Origin: Candidatus Thermofontivivens primus
GTDB lineage: Bacteria > Sysuimicrobiota > Sysuimicrobiia > Sysuimicrobiales > Thermofontiviventaceae
Reading direction: 5' to 3'
Length of the DNA stretch: 23,192 bases
Assembly: GCA_031458695.1 (NCBI GenBank)
Contig: JAVKJW010000030.1
Location: 1 to 23,192 of the forward strand
Shown here: positions 14,182-23,192 of the stretch, piece after piece
How the letters are laid out: every line of letters starts with the position of its first letter
Numbering within the stretch: position 1 is the first letter of the stretch
Translations under genes and position numbers: made by a program
Notes under the pieces: generated by a model
Databases searched by the model: none
The model's input: the letters and a program-made list of their open reading frames with translations, nothing else
Told to the model about the DNA's origin: nothing

Positions 14182-16455
14182 CTAAAAGATCCCAATAGAT
14201 AGGTTCGCGAGCTGCTGCAGGAGCTGCCCGCTCTGGGTACGCATCCGGCTCAGGGAAAGCTCCATTTGGGTGAAAATCCGGATGTATCGTTCCCTTGTCC
14301 TTTCCAGCCGTTCCTCCAGGCGACTGATCTGGTCCTTGATCCCCTCGATGAGCTTCTGGGTTGTGTTCACCTCCCCGGGGATAGTCCCGCTGATGCTGTC
14401 CGTGAGCGTGGCCAGCCGCTCACTCACCTTGGTGGCAACCCCCTTGTAGACGTAGACCACCCCCTGGCTCGACCCCTGGCTTGCGAGCTGGGCCGGGGTT
14501 AAGGCCACGCGGATCGAAAGGCCATCGGTGTTGGAATTCCCGCTATTCCCTGTGAGGATCTGGCCCCGCCCCGTCGTCGGCTCCCCGTTGATGGTCCCGG
14601 CGACATCCTGTCCTGTGAGGGTCAGGGTGGTTGTTCCAACACCGCTCCCACCGGCTGTCGCAGCAACATCAGAAACTACCGTATGTGTCACCGATCCATA
14701 TTCGGTGTTGGTGAAGATCAGCGTCATGTTGTTGAGGCCGCCAAGGGAGGCGCGGATTGTGATGTTGGCCTGCTCCATAGCCGCGTTAAAGTCATTGACG
14801 ATCTGAGAGAGGGTCTTCCCGGCGGCAAGCGTGACCTGTGTTGTCCCGTCCACGGTGATCGTCTCCCCCACCGCCGTAACCCCGGTTGCCCCTGCAGGGA
14901 TCCCCGTCGCCGTTTGGGTAGCGTTGGTTCCTGTCGTCGTGTACCCGGAACCGGTTCCAGAGACGAGCTTGTCGCTGGTGACCGTGAAGTCCGTGTTGAA
15001 GTACTTCCCATAGATCCTGAGGTGGCCGTTTGCATCCACCTCCGCGTAGACTTTCGGGGAAAGGGTCGCATCACCGTTGATCTGAGAGGCCATTTGGGCT
15101 GGGGTCGTCCCGTTGGCAAAGACGATCTGGTAGGAGGTGGGGAACAGCGCGCCGGAGAAAGTCAGCGTCTCCGACCCGACCACATTTGTGGCCGCCGCCC
15201 CTGGATCCGTCACCCCCTGCGTCCGCTCTGTCGCGGAAGCCGTCCCCTGGGTCGCTGCCTGGGTGATGTTCACGGCATACCCACTGGAAGTGGCCTTCGT
15301 CTTGGAAGTGGCCGTCAGAAAGCTAATGTCCGGGTCAGAAGCCGTGCCACTGAGGATGAAGAGCTTGACCACATCGTTGTACTTCGTGGTCAGCGCGTCC
15401 TTGAACTTGGTGGCATCGAGGGTGAGGTGCTTGTCCCTTCCCAAGGTGATCCCCACATCACTCAGGGCGTTGGTCTCGGCGGGCAAACCGGCGACGATCC
15501 CGGTAGCCAGGTTGATCAGGTCCTGCTCCACGCTACGGACAGTGAACTGGCCGAAGAGGGGGCCTGCCGTCTTTGTGTTGGGGTCGTAGGAGGCCTTGTC
15601 CTTGATGAAGTCCATGACGCTGTTGAACGCGTCCACGAACTCCTGGACCTTCTTGGTGATCCCGTCCTTATCAAGGTCCACAGTCACAGTGACGGGCGTG
15701 GCGCTCTCTTTGAAGAGATTGAGGGTGACGCCAGGGACAACATCTGTGACGGTGTTGCTGGGTTTGTTCACCGTGAGTGCCCCTGCTCCGCTCCCAACGA
15801 CGATCTGCGCATCCTGGTTCGCCTGGATCGTGTTGAAGGTGCCCAGGGAGTAAGTACCCCCGGTGAGAGTATGAGAGATGGTGACGGTATTGGCTGCACC
15901 GGTGTTGTTCCCGGTGACGAGGAGCCGATACCCAGTACCGTCATTCACGATGGAAGCACTAACCCCTGCGTTCGCTTGGTTGATGGCGTTCTTGATTCCC
16001 TCCAGGGTGTTATTGGCAGCACCGATGGTGATGGTCACTGGTGTATTGGATCCGACCTGGATGGTGATCGTCCCTGTGCCAAAATCTGTGGCGTCCTTAT
16101 CCGCAAACGTGCTGGCAGTACCCAGGATGTGCGCCTTGGCTAACTGTTGGACAGTAAAGGTATAGGTACCAGTGCTCGCCGAGGAGGAAGCGGTGGCCGT
16201 GAGAACTGTGCTGTCGGACACGGTGGTGGTGAAGACCTTGAACCCATCGGCCTTCTGGATCGACTCCGCTTTTGTCTTTAAGGACAAGAGCTTCGTATTC
16301 AGGTCCTGCCAGGCTTTCAGCCTTGTCTCGTAGCTTTTCTGCCGCGACTCCAGCCTGGTAATCGGAGCCCGCTCCACGGTGATGAGCTTGTTGATGATGT
16401 CTGCCGTGTTGATGCCTGAGATGAGGCCGCTGAGCCGAACAGGATCAAACGCCAT
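14182..16455 (-). CDS. fliD: Flagellar filament cap protein FliD (large, with extra inserted domains)
   Basis: N-terminal LSGLISGINTADII...E, V-x-QLAKAH, SNTVTDVVPGVTLNL, FVDAFN, and a C-terminal coiled coil ending RYIRIFTQME. Lies between flaG and fliS. Confidence 0.95.
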   Translation of the reverse strand: MAFDPVRLSGLISGINTADIINKLITVERAPITRLESRQKSYETRLKAWQDLNTKLLSLKTKAESIQKADGFKVFTTTVSDSTVLTATASSSASTGTYTFTVQQLAKAHILGTASTFADKDATDFGTGTITIQVGSNTPVTITIGAANNTLEGIKNAINQANAGVSASIVNDGTGYRLLVTGNNTGAANTVTISHTLTGGTYSLGTFNTIQANQDAQIVVGSGAGALTVNKPSNTVTDVVPGVTLNLFKESATPVTVTVDLDKDGITKKVQEFVDAFNSVMDFIKDKASYDPNTKTAGPLFGQFTVRSVEQDLINLATGIVAGLPAETNALSDVGITLGRDKHLTLDATKFKDALTTKYNDVVKLFILSGTASDPDISFLTATSKTKATSSGYAVNITQAATQGTASATERTQGVTDPGAAATNVVGSETLTFSGALFPTSYQIVFANGTTPAQMASQINGDATLSPKVYAEVDANGHLRIYGKYFNTDFTVTSDKLVSGTGSGYTTTGTNATQTATGIPAGATGVTAVGETITVDGTTQVTLAAGKTLSQIVNDFNAAMEQANITIRASLGGLNNMTLIFTNTEYGSVTHTVVSDVAATAGGSGVGTTTLTLTGQDVAGTINGEPTTGRGQILTGNSGNSNTDGLSIRVALTPAQLASQGSSQGVVYVYKGVATKVSERLATLTDSISGTIPGEVNTTQKLIEGIKDQISRLEERLERTRERYIRIFTQMELSLSRMRTQSGQLLQQLANLSIGIF

Positions 16456-16521
16456 ATCGCCCTCGCAAGGATCTCGTGGATCTTTTGGTCAACCCAAACA
16501 CAAGCGATCAGATCAACCAGC

Positions 16522-16878
16522 TCAGACTTTTTTGTCGATCACGCTTCTCCCAGCGAACTGGCTGATCAATTCGATGAGCTTCCCTGGCGGAATGATCCGA
16601 ATGACCTCTCCTGTCCGGATGTTCATGATCCGAACGGTCACCCGATGTGTCTTCTGGTCTACGATGAACTCGGCTGCAACATCCATAGGGCTTGGGGGCT
16701 TCTTCACATCCCTCCCGGCCTCTCCAGACCCTCCCTTGGAGACGGCCTGACCTTCTTGCGAAGGAGATGGCTTCGGCTCCACATCCTGCTGGGAGGCCTT
16801 CCTGCCTTCCTCTCTGTGCCTGGCAGGAGGTGTAGCCTCTATGCCCTTCCCAGGTGTCACTCCCCCGATCCTCTCCAT
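16522..16878 (-). CDS. flaG: FlaG family protein
   Basis: C-terminal EFIVDQKTHRVTVRIMNIRTGEVIRIIPP...VIDKKV fits the FlaG pattern; lies upstream of fliD. Start uncertain (ATG 16878 or GTG 16902). Confidence 0.88.
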   Translation of the reverse strand: MERIGGVTPGKGIEATPPARHREEGRKASQQDVEPKPSPSQEGQAVSKGGSGEAGRDVKKPPSPMDVAAEFIVDQKTHRVTVRIMNIRTGEVIRIIPPGKLIELISQFAGRSVIDKKV

Positions 16879-16947
16879 ACTTGGTTGGCACCCCGGATGC
16901 ACCTCCGGGTGCCATTCCCTCCTTGGTGGGGTCTATCTGCTACCTTA

Positions 16948-16974
16948 GGATCGGCGCACCCGGTCATATCTTGA
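16948..16974 (-). promoter_or_regulatory. sigma28 (FliA/SigD)-type promoter for flaG-fliD-fliS
   Basis: Minus strand reads TCAA-N15-GCCGATCC versus consensus TAAA-N15-GCCGATAA. Exact spacing, and in the expected position for a late flagellar operon. Confidence 0.75.
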
Positions 16975-16984
16975 GTGAAGGCAA

Positions 16985-18973
16985 TCAAGCGTCCCCTACT
17001 GCAACCACTAGGGCTTTCCGTGCCTCCTCAAGGATCCGTGCATGCGGGAAAATTCTCTTCGCTTCTTCGAGCACATCTAGGGCTTCACCATACCGTCTCA
17101 ATCTGGCAAGTGCCTGCACGAGGGCTGTATACGTGGGAAGGTGCTGCCCATCCATCTCTAGGGCTTTGCGGTAGAAGATCACCGCATCCTCCCAGAGCTC
17201 TTTCCCTTCCGCTAACCTCCCCAGAATACGGTATCCTTCTGCATCGATCACCCCTGCCTCGTGCGCTTGGCTAAGCTCTTCAAGGGCAGTCTCCTGGAAT
17301 CCATGAGACATATAGAGCTTGCCGAGCTCGAGGTGCACTTGTGGTCTGGGGATAAGCCAGCTGAATATCGGAAGAGCAAGCTCGAATGCATCGAATTCGT
17401 TCAGGCCAAGCAAGGTGCTAAGTAAGCCGATTACTGTATCGATAGCGCTCTTTCTGTCTTTGGGCATATCCGGGATCGGTTTCCCGTCGAGAACAGCAAC
17501 GAGCGCGCGGCATGTCCATGCGACTCCGGTTTTTCCTATTGCCTCCAGCTTCACAGCACATTGCTCCACCCCTGCTGTATCCTTACGGAGAAAAGCGCAC
17601 AATGCCGCGTGCGTCATCGCGGGAACAATATCCTTTCCAGGCCCTGCGAGCTGTCTAAAGGCTACTTCCGCTTCTGCGTACCTACCTAAGAACATGAGCG
17701 CTTTCCCGCGCACCGTAAGGGCTGCTTCGGATGGCGTTAACTCGTCCAGAAGGTCTATTGCCTCCTGTGGCCTCTTCGCTGAGCACAGGGCGTCTGCAAA
17801 AACAACCTGCATGGCCTCATCGGAGAGATCCGCTACACGCCTGAGGAAACCCATTACCTTTTCTGGGTCTTCCCGGGATAGAAGGAGGTCCGCAAGACCC
17901 CGGAGAGCAGGGGTGTACCTCGGGTTCGCCTGCAAGGCTTTCGTGTACGCCTCAACCGCCTTCTTCCTCTCCTCCATAACTGTGAAAATGTTCCCGAGCA
18001 TGGCCCAGGCATGGTGGGAACCAAGTCCTCGCTGACTGACGTAGCAGGGTGGAGCATCCCCCATTTCGACGCACCGGGTGAAACTGTGAATCGCGGATGC
18101 GTAGTCCCCGACGTCCAGGTAGATGAGTCCACGAAGGAACTCCATATCCGTGAAGTCAGGAAGAACTGCAAGTGTATCCGAGACGACACGGAGGGCATCC
18201 TCGTGTCTACCGAGTGCCCTGAGGCAAATGCACAAGTTCTTGAGGAGGTGAGGAGCGTAAGCGGAGGAAGGATCGGGACGCAGGAGGTATGCCTGCCGGA
18301 ACTCGCGTTCCGCGTCTTCGTATTCTCCTCTCCGGATATATTCCATCGCAAGGTTAAATCTTGTGAACGGATCATCTGGATACTTCTCTACCTCCTCCTT
18401 CAGAAGAGCAAGGTTGCGCCCTGTCTTTCCACGTTTGAGAACACGATCCTCAAGGTACCCGTAATGATAGATGCGGACAGGAATGGTCTCGATACGGGCC
18501 TCCGGGAGGGCCGATTGGATGGAAACAAGAATCTGTTCATGAATCCTACCGGTGAAGGCATAGGCAGGTCTTCGCCTGAACAGCCTGGGGGAGAGACCGA
18601 CAACAGTACTCCCCTCGTCAGGCGTCCCCCCAACATAGTTCACAACATGCACAAGATAGGCCTCGCAGTCATCCCTTAGAACTGCTTCGCGGAGAACGGG
18701 AATATCCTCCCGGCACAGCTCCTCATCGGCATCCATCCAGAGGATCCAGTCCCCTGAGGCATGGGCGATGGAAACGTTGCGGGCATCGGCGAAGCTCCCG
18801 GTCCAGGCGAAGGGCACCACCTTGGCCCCGAACAATTCAGCGACCTCTCCTGTTCTGTCTGTCGACCCCGTGTCGACAACGACGATCTCGTCCGCTACAC
18901 CCCTGACGCTTTCTAGACACTTCGGAAGATCCTCTTCCTCATTTCTCACAATCATGCACAGCGAAATCCTCAC
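16985..18973 (-). CDS. GT2 glycosyltransferase with TPR repeats (probable flagellin glycosyltransferase)
   Basis: ISLCMIVRNEE, VDTGSTD, W-x-x-SFADARN, WMDADE, RIHEQ and HYGY motifs followed by multiple TPR-like helical repeats. This architecture is typical of flagellar glycosylation loci. Confidence 0.9.
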   Translation of the reverse strand: MRISLCMIVRNEEEDLPKCLESVRGVADEIVVVDTGSTDRTGEVAELFGAKVVPFAWTGSFADARNVSIAHASGDWILWMDADEELCREDIPVLREAVLRDDCEAYLVHVVNYVGGTPDEGSTVVGLSPRLFRRRPAYAFTGRIHEQILVSIQSALPEARIETIPVRIYHYGYLEDRVLKRGKTGRNLALLKEEVEKYPDDPFTRFNLAMEYIRRGEYEDAEREFRQAYLLRPDPSSAYAPHLLKNLCICLRALGRHEDALRVVSDTLAVLPDFTDMEFLRGLIYLDVGDYASAIHSFTRCVEMGDAPPCYVSQRGLGSHHAWAMLGNIFTVMEERKKAVEAYTKALQANPRYTPALRGLADLLLSREDPEKVMGFLRRVADLSDEAMQVVFADALCSAKRPQEAIDLLDELTPSEAALTVRGKALMFLGRYAEAEVAFRQLAGPGKDIVPAMTHAALCAFLRKDTAGVEQCAVKLEAIGKTGVAWTCRALVAVLDGKPIPDMPKDRKSAIDTVIGLLSTLLGLNEFDAFELALPIFSWLIPRPQVHLELGKLYMSHGFQETALEELSQAHEAGVIDAEGYRILGRLAEGKELWEDAVIFYRKALEMDGQHLPTYTALVQALARLRRYGEALDVLEEAKRIFPHARILEEARKALVVAVGDA

Positions 18974-21503
18974 CGGCTCCCCACCTCCCCGCTGCTGCAG
19001 TCGCCATTGATCGAAGCGGAACGTAGTGCTTCTCAGGATTGAATGCGGTAACCGCCGTTATCCATTCGATGTGATCGTACAGTTCTTCCATCCTGATGTG
19101 TTCCGGAAGTCCCCATTTGTGCAGGAACAAATGGAAGTTTCTCCCTATAAGGCTTTTGTAGTCAATTTCCTCTTCCTTGAACGTCCTACTGCCCTCGTGG
19201 TGGATGAATGTATCCAAGGCAACCTTAACCCGGAACCCCGCGAGCCTAGCCCGTAGGCAAAAGTCATCGTCCTCAAAGTTCCCAGGTGAGAAGGCTGGAT
19301 CGAACCCTCCGATTCTATCCACTACCTCCCTGCGGACAAGCATGCACATCCCAGTGACCCACTGGACATCCATGTACATGCCACAGTATTCCGCGGCGCG
19401 TTTCCTGGCGAACTCGGTGAGCTCCTCTATGGTCCTATAGGTGCAGTTCTCTACGAACTGAGGGCCGGGCGCATAGTTGGAGACAGCACCGGCAATCCCG
19501 ACATCTGGCTCGGAGGCAAGACAGCGGTGCAGCCTCCACAGCCATCCCTCCGTGACCACGGTGTCATTGTTGAGAAACAGAATGGCTTCCCCCCTGGAAG
19601 CCTCAATGCCGAGGTTACATGCTCCCGGAAATCCAAGGTGGACGTCGCTCCTTATGACCCTGACGCGCTCTGAGGTAGAGGCAAGGGTCTCCAAGTACAT
19701 TCTGATGAGGTCGTCCGAAGCATCGTCGACAATGATAAGCTCAAACGGATCGGGCGTGTTTGCCAGCACGCTGCGAATGCATGCCCTCAGAAACTCGAGC
19801 CCCCTGCGCACCGGGATGACGATGGAGGTGATCGGCAGAACCTTGGACCTATCCCTGAATACTTGTTTTTGATTCTCTTCCACTTCGATCCATCCGGCAT
19901 TGAGCAGTTCGTCTAGAGGGGGGACGTTCCCCTGACCGTACCTGGAGGCAAACAGAGGGATGAGTAGCTCCGCACAGGTGTGGTGTTCTGTCTCTTCATT
20001 TAAAGCCCGGGTTGAGCGGGCAACCAAGGTATCAGTAGCTAGAAACATAAGCTTCCCGCGCTCCCTCAGCGCCCACGAAATGGCCGCACCAGCGCACCTG
20101 GAACACAGACCAGTGGGCACCGTCTCCATGGCTTCCAAGAGTTCCACCGTCCTCCCCACCATACAGAACGTACCCAGGGACTGCGTCCGCACCAAGCGAC
20201 CTTCGTTGCGCGCCGCCAGGATGCCCGCCAGATCTCTGAGCGTCTCTTGGCCCTCCTTGGAGATAGCGGGCCCCGCGTACAGCTCGTACCTCTGGGTGCT
20301 AAGACCAGGCTCCACACAAAGAGGTCCAACAACTACCTCTTTCTCTACATGGCGCAACAGCCGCACCTCCCACCCAGGTGGCCCGTATACGTCGGCTTCG
20401 AGCACGATCGCTGTGTCCTTGCTGCAGGCACGCAGTCCCTCACGGATGGCTCCGGAGAAGCCTGCGTTCTCATCCAGAAGGATCAGCTTTGTGCCAGGAT
20501 GCTCCTCTGCCCAAATCTGAAGGTACTCCCGCGTCATGTCCGTGGACCCCACATCGACTAAGATCACCTCATCGCCATCCCAGATAGGAAGCTGACGCAT
20601 GCAGCCTCCGACTGTTTCGATGTCGTTCCTAGCCACGACAATGAACGCACTCTCCTGCCTCCTCTCCGCCGACCGCGTCCGCTCAGGTTGAACTATGATC
20701 CTGTCTTGCCGCAGGATCTCCTCATAGTCGAAGCGTACCTTCTCTAGCCACTTCCTGTGCAGCAAGGCGACGTTCTCGTGTACAGCGTCGAACCTGCCTG
20801 GAGTCTGCGACTCCAGGTGGATCACTTCGGCCTTAGGAGTGTAGACAACACGGTATCCTGCCTCTTTCAGGCGCAAGCAGAAGTCTACATCCTCATACCC
20901 GTTCTTGAAAGCCTCATCAAAACCCCCAAAAGCCAGGAACACGTCTCTGCGTACGAGCATGCACGCTCCCGTGACAACCTGCAGGTCCTTCTCGCGATTC
21001 ACATACGGTGCATCCGCTCGCTCCCTGAAGTATATGTGGAAAGGAACAATAGGTGCAGAGAGATCCTTTCCGATCGCAATACCCGCGTGCTGGATGGTGC
21101 CGTCCGGGAAGAGTAGCTTCGCTCCGACTGCTGCGATCCGCTCGTCCTTCTCCGCAGTGCTCACAAGGGCCACGAGCCACCCTTCCAGAGGTTCCGTGTC
21201 GTTATTCAGGAAGACGACATACTTCCCAAGTGCCTCTCTCGCTCCCAGGTTGCACGCCTTTGCGAACCCGAGGTTAGTGTCGCTGAAGATTGCCCGCAGC
21301 TTCCCCAACTCCTGTTCTGAACGAAGGAACTCTCGCGTTCCATCCGTAGAGGCGTTGTCTATTACGATGACCTCGTAGTCAACCTCGGATGAGTTTTGGC
21401 GGATACGTTCCAGGCATGTCTTGGTGAGGTGGAGATTATTGTGGACCGGAATGATGATGGAGGCTTTAGGGCTGAATCGATCGCTACAAGAGCTACACAT
21501 CAC
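18939..21503 (-). CDS. Multi-domain GT2 glycosyltransferase (two intact GT2 domains flanking a degenerate one)
   Basis: Domain 1 has SIIIPVHN, DNASTD, FLNNDT and GYEDVDFCLR. Domain 3 has SIVIPV, DDASDD, FLNNDT and FEDDDFCLR. The middle domain has DVGSTD but VLEADV. Confidence 0.9.
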   Translation of the reverse strand: MMCSSCSDRFSPKASIIIPVHNNLHLTKTCLERIRQNSSEVDYEVIVIDNASTDGTREFLRSEQELGKLRAIFSDTNLGFAKACNLGAREALGKYVVFLNNDTEPLEGWLVALVSTAEKDERIAAVGAKLLFPDGTIQHAGIAIGKDLSAPIVPFHIYFRERADAPYVNREKDLQVVTGACMLVRRDVFLAFGGFDEAFKNGYEDVDFCLRLKEAGYRVVYTPKAEVIHLESQTPGRFDAVHENVALLHRKWLEKVRFDYEEILRQDRIIVQPERTRSAERRQESAFIVVARNDIETVGGCMRQLPIWDGDEVILVDVGSTDMTREYLQIWAEEHPGTKLILLDENAGFSGAIREGLRACSKDTAIVLEADVYGPPGWEVRLLRHVEKEVVVGPLCVEPGLSTQRYELYAGPAISKEGQETLRDLAGILAARNEGRLVRTQSLGTFCMVGRTVELLEAMETVPTGLCSRCAGAAISWALRERGKLMFLATDTLVARSTRALNEETEHHTCAELLIPLFASRYGQGNVPPLDELLNAGWIEVEENQKQVFRDRSKVLPITSIVIPVRRGLEFLRACIRSVLANTPDPFELIIVDDASDDLIRMYLETLASTSERVRVIRSDVHLGFPGACNLGIEASRGEAILFLNNDTVVTEGWLWRLHRCLASEPDVGIAGAVSNYAPGPQFVENCTYRTIEELTEFARKRAAEYCGMYMDVQWVTGMCMLVRREVVDRIGGFDPAFSPGNFEDDDFCLRARLAGFRVKVALDTFIHHEGSRTFKEEEIDYKSLIGRNFHLFLHKWGLPEHIRMEELYDHIEWITAVTAFNPEKHYVPLRSMATAAAGRWGAGEDFAVHDCEK

Positions 21504-23192
21504 TGTGACACCTCAAGTATACTTCGTGACAACGATTCCATCATTCTCCAAACTTCGGTACCTGAAGGGTTACCTGCATATTTGAGATCTAAAAGGAGAT
21601 TATAGAAGCGTCCGCCATAATTCTCTCTCGTGAATGAAGATTTTGCAAATCGATATGCATTCTCTGCAAGTCGTAAGCGCAACTCTGGATAATCAATAAG
21701 GCATTCAATTTTTTCAGCAAGCTGGAGATAATTTCCCGGTTCGTAAATTAAACCGGTTTCGCCATCATGGATCAATTCGAGAGTTCCTCCGGCGTTGGTT
21801 CCAATAACCGTTTTACGTAACAACATAGCTTCCAAAGTAACGCGCCCAAAGGCTTCATTACGCGAGCAAGTCAAGACAATATCGGCACTCTGAACAATTG
21901 GGAACACATTTCGTTGAAAGGGCAAAAAATGTATTCTGTCGCTTACGCCAGCTATTTCAACGATTCGCTTCAATTTTTCATAGTATTCGGGTCTACTGTC
22001 GCCCACTATTGTTAGCTCAACATTGCGGTTCCGATACTTGACCAATTCGATGACCGCCATGATAGCGTCTCGTTGACCCTTTGATTCATCAACATATCCT
22101 GCAATCACCAAACGAGTGGAATCAGGATAGACAAAACAACTCGATCCATTTGCCCGTAATGCTTTCTCAGGGATATCAATGTAGCAGTATATCGTCTGAA
22201 TATTCTGGGACCCGACCAGGCCCGAGAGATAATCTCGGACCGCTCGAGAACAAGCGACGATTTGGTTGGATGATGCGGAGATGAAACGAACAACTTCTGG
22301 GAACGGCTGGTAAAACTTCAATCTATGGTCTAATTCCCCAAATTCGTGGATGTACCAGAGATGAGGACGATTGAGTAGCTTCGCTGCGATTGCACCCCAA
22401 GGAACAGTCAAGGTATTAGAAATAATCACATCGGGATTAATTTTCTTCAAATTAGGTAATTCCTTGAACAGCCAATGGAAGGATCGATCAAAAATCTGAT
22501 GAAAGTATTCTATAGGCATCGGTGCAATTGCGCACCACCAGTGATAATTCCCAACGATCGTAACTGCACCGGCTCTTTTTAATTCTTCGACCAAGGGGCC
22601 ATCTGAAGGTAAATATACTGTACAAATTGCACCATAATCTTGCACCAGTTCCGTGACAAGTTCAAGCAGACAGCGTTCGGCTCCTGCAAAACCGGCTGAG
22701 TGGGAGAAAAAGGCTAAATTGAGTGACCGAGATTTCTTCACGCAATACAGGTTAGCGTAATCCATTCCCTTAGGGGAGTACCATCCTTCTTCCACAGTAT
22801 ATGTGCGGCTGCAATCTCGTGCAATATCATCAATGAGATATAGATCGTATCCAAGAGCTGACAGCCTCTTAGGTAATTCTTCCGGTTCATGACCAGCCTG
22901 TTGCAGGCATAGAGGGTTGTATTCTACTATCAAGTACACATCTTCTCGCTCTTCAAGTATCCTTTCTATGCCTTCTAAAACCTCAATTTCATGACCTTCA
23001 GTATCGATTTTTATCAGGATAGGTATTCCCCTATGTTCATTAAGTACGTGTTTTAGGGTCGTCGTCGGTACTTTTATCTGGCGGAGCACCGGAGTGGATG
23101 GATGCCGGATGAAGCCACAGTTGTCCGATGCGGTAGAGATGTAGAAGATCCTGTACCCTTCTTTGTTTGAGACAGCTTGATTAAAAGCAACT
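21500..23192 (-). CDS. FkbM-family methyltransferase fused to a GT4 (GT-B) glycosyltransferase; 5' end lies outside the window
   Basis: The frame is open to the window edge (VAFNQAVSNKEG...). FkbM motifs LIKIDTEGHEIEVLEG and IVEYNP; GT4 motifs GAER, KGQ, EAFGRVTLEAM and GGTLELIHDGETG. Confidence 0.88.
   Translation of the reverse strand, partial: VAFNQAVSNKEGYRIFYISTASDNCGFIRHPSTPVLRQIKVPTTTLKHVLNEHRGIPILIKIDTEGHEIEVLEGIERILEEREDVYLIVEYNPLCLQQAGHEPEELPKRLSALGYDLYLIDDIARDCSRTYTVEEGWYSPKGMDYANLYCVKKSRSLNLAFFSHSAGFAGAERCLLELVTELVQDYGAICTVYLPSDGPLVEELKRAGAVTIVGNYHWWCAIAPMPIEYFHQIFDRSFHWLFKELPNLKKINPDVIISNTLTVPWGAIAAKLLNRPHLWYIHEFGELDHRLKFYQPFPEVVRFISASSNQIVACSRAVRDYLSGLVGSQNIQTIYCYIDIPEKALRANGSSCFVYPDSTRLVIAGYVDESKGQRDAIMAVIELVKYRNRNVELTIVGDSRPEYYEKLKRIVEIAGVSDRIHFLPFQRNVFPIVQSADIVLTCSRNEAFGRVTLEAMLLRKTVIGTNAGGTLELIHDGETGLIYEPGNYLQLAEKIECLIDYPELRLRLAENAYRFAKSSFTRENYGGRFYNLLLDLKYAGNPSGTEVWRMMESLSRSILEVSQ

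Noticed and set aside
14683..16143. 486-aa + strand ORF, and similar long + strand ORFs (e.g. 11347-12555, 3441-4157, 234-929)
   Set aside because: These are antisense shadows of well-supported minus-strand genes in GC-rich DNA, with no recognisable motifs.
16508..16915. 135-aa minus-strand ORF overlapping flaG in another frame
   Set aside because: The SD is almost adjacent to the ATG, the sequence is not protein-like, and the other frame carries the FlaG motif.
1..23192. CRISPR arrays, tRNA/rRNA genes, transposases or integrases
   Set aside because: No regularly spaced repeats, RNA-gene signatures or mobile-element ORFs were seen, and nearly all sequence is explained by minus-strand CDSs.

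Overview
The window holds part of a bacterial flagellar/chemotaxis gene cluster, with every supported gene on the minus strand. In transcription order (high to low coordinates) it contains: a flagellar glycosylation block (5'-truncated, AT-richer FkbM-methyltransferase/GT4 fusion, a three-domain GT2, a GT2-TPR protein); flaG-fliD-fliS-fliT/flgN-like behind a sigma28-type promoter; a soluble PAS histidine kinase; a response regulator with a C-terminal CxxC...CxxC domain; an NtrC-type sigma54 activator; a REC-HD-GYP protein; cheW-cheA-cheY; rpoN; and flgB-flgC-fliE-fliF-fliG (3'-truncated). The most interesting feature is an apparently self-contained flagellar sigma54 circuit. The rpoN lies inside the cluster and has a divergent region I plus a Cys4 insert. 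The activator has a GAFTNA loop and an acidic, probably degenerate HTH. Three near-consensus -24/-12 promoters precede the activator, the operon leading to rpoN, and flgB. I saw no rRNA, tRNA, CRISPR or mobile element, and the taxon cannot be assigned from this window. All family calls come from motif recognition, not database searches.
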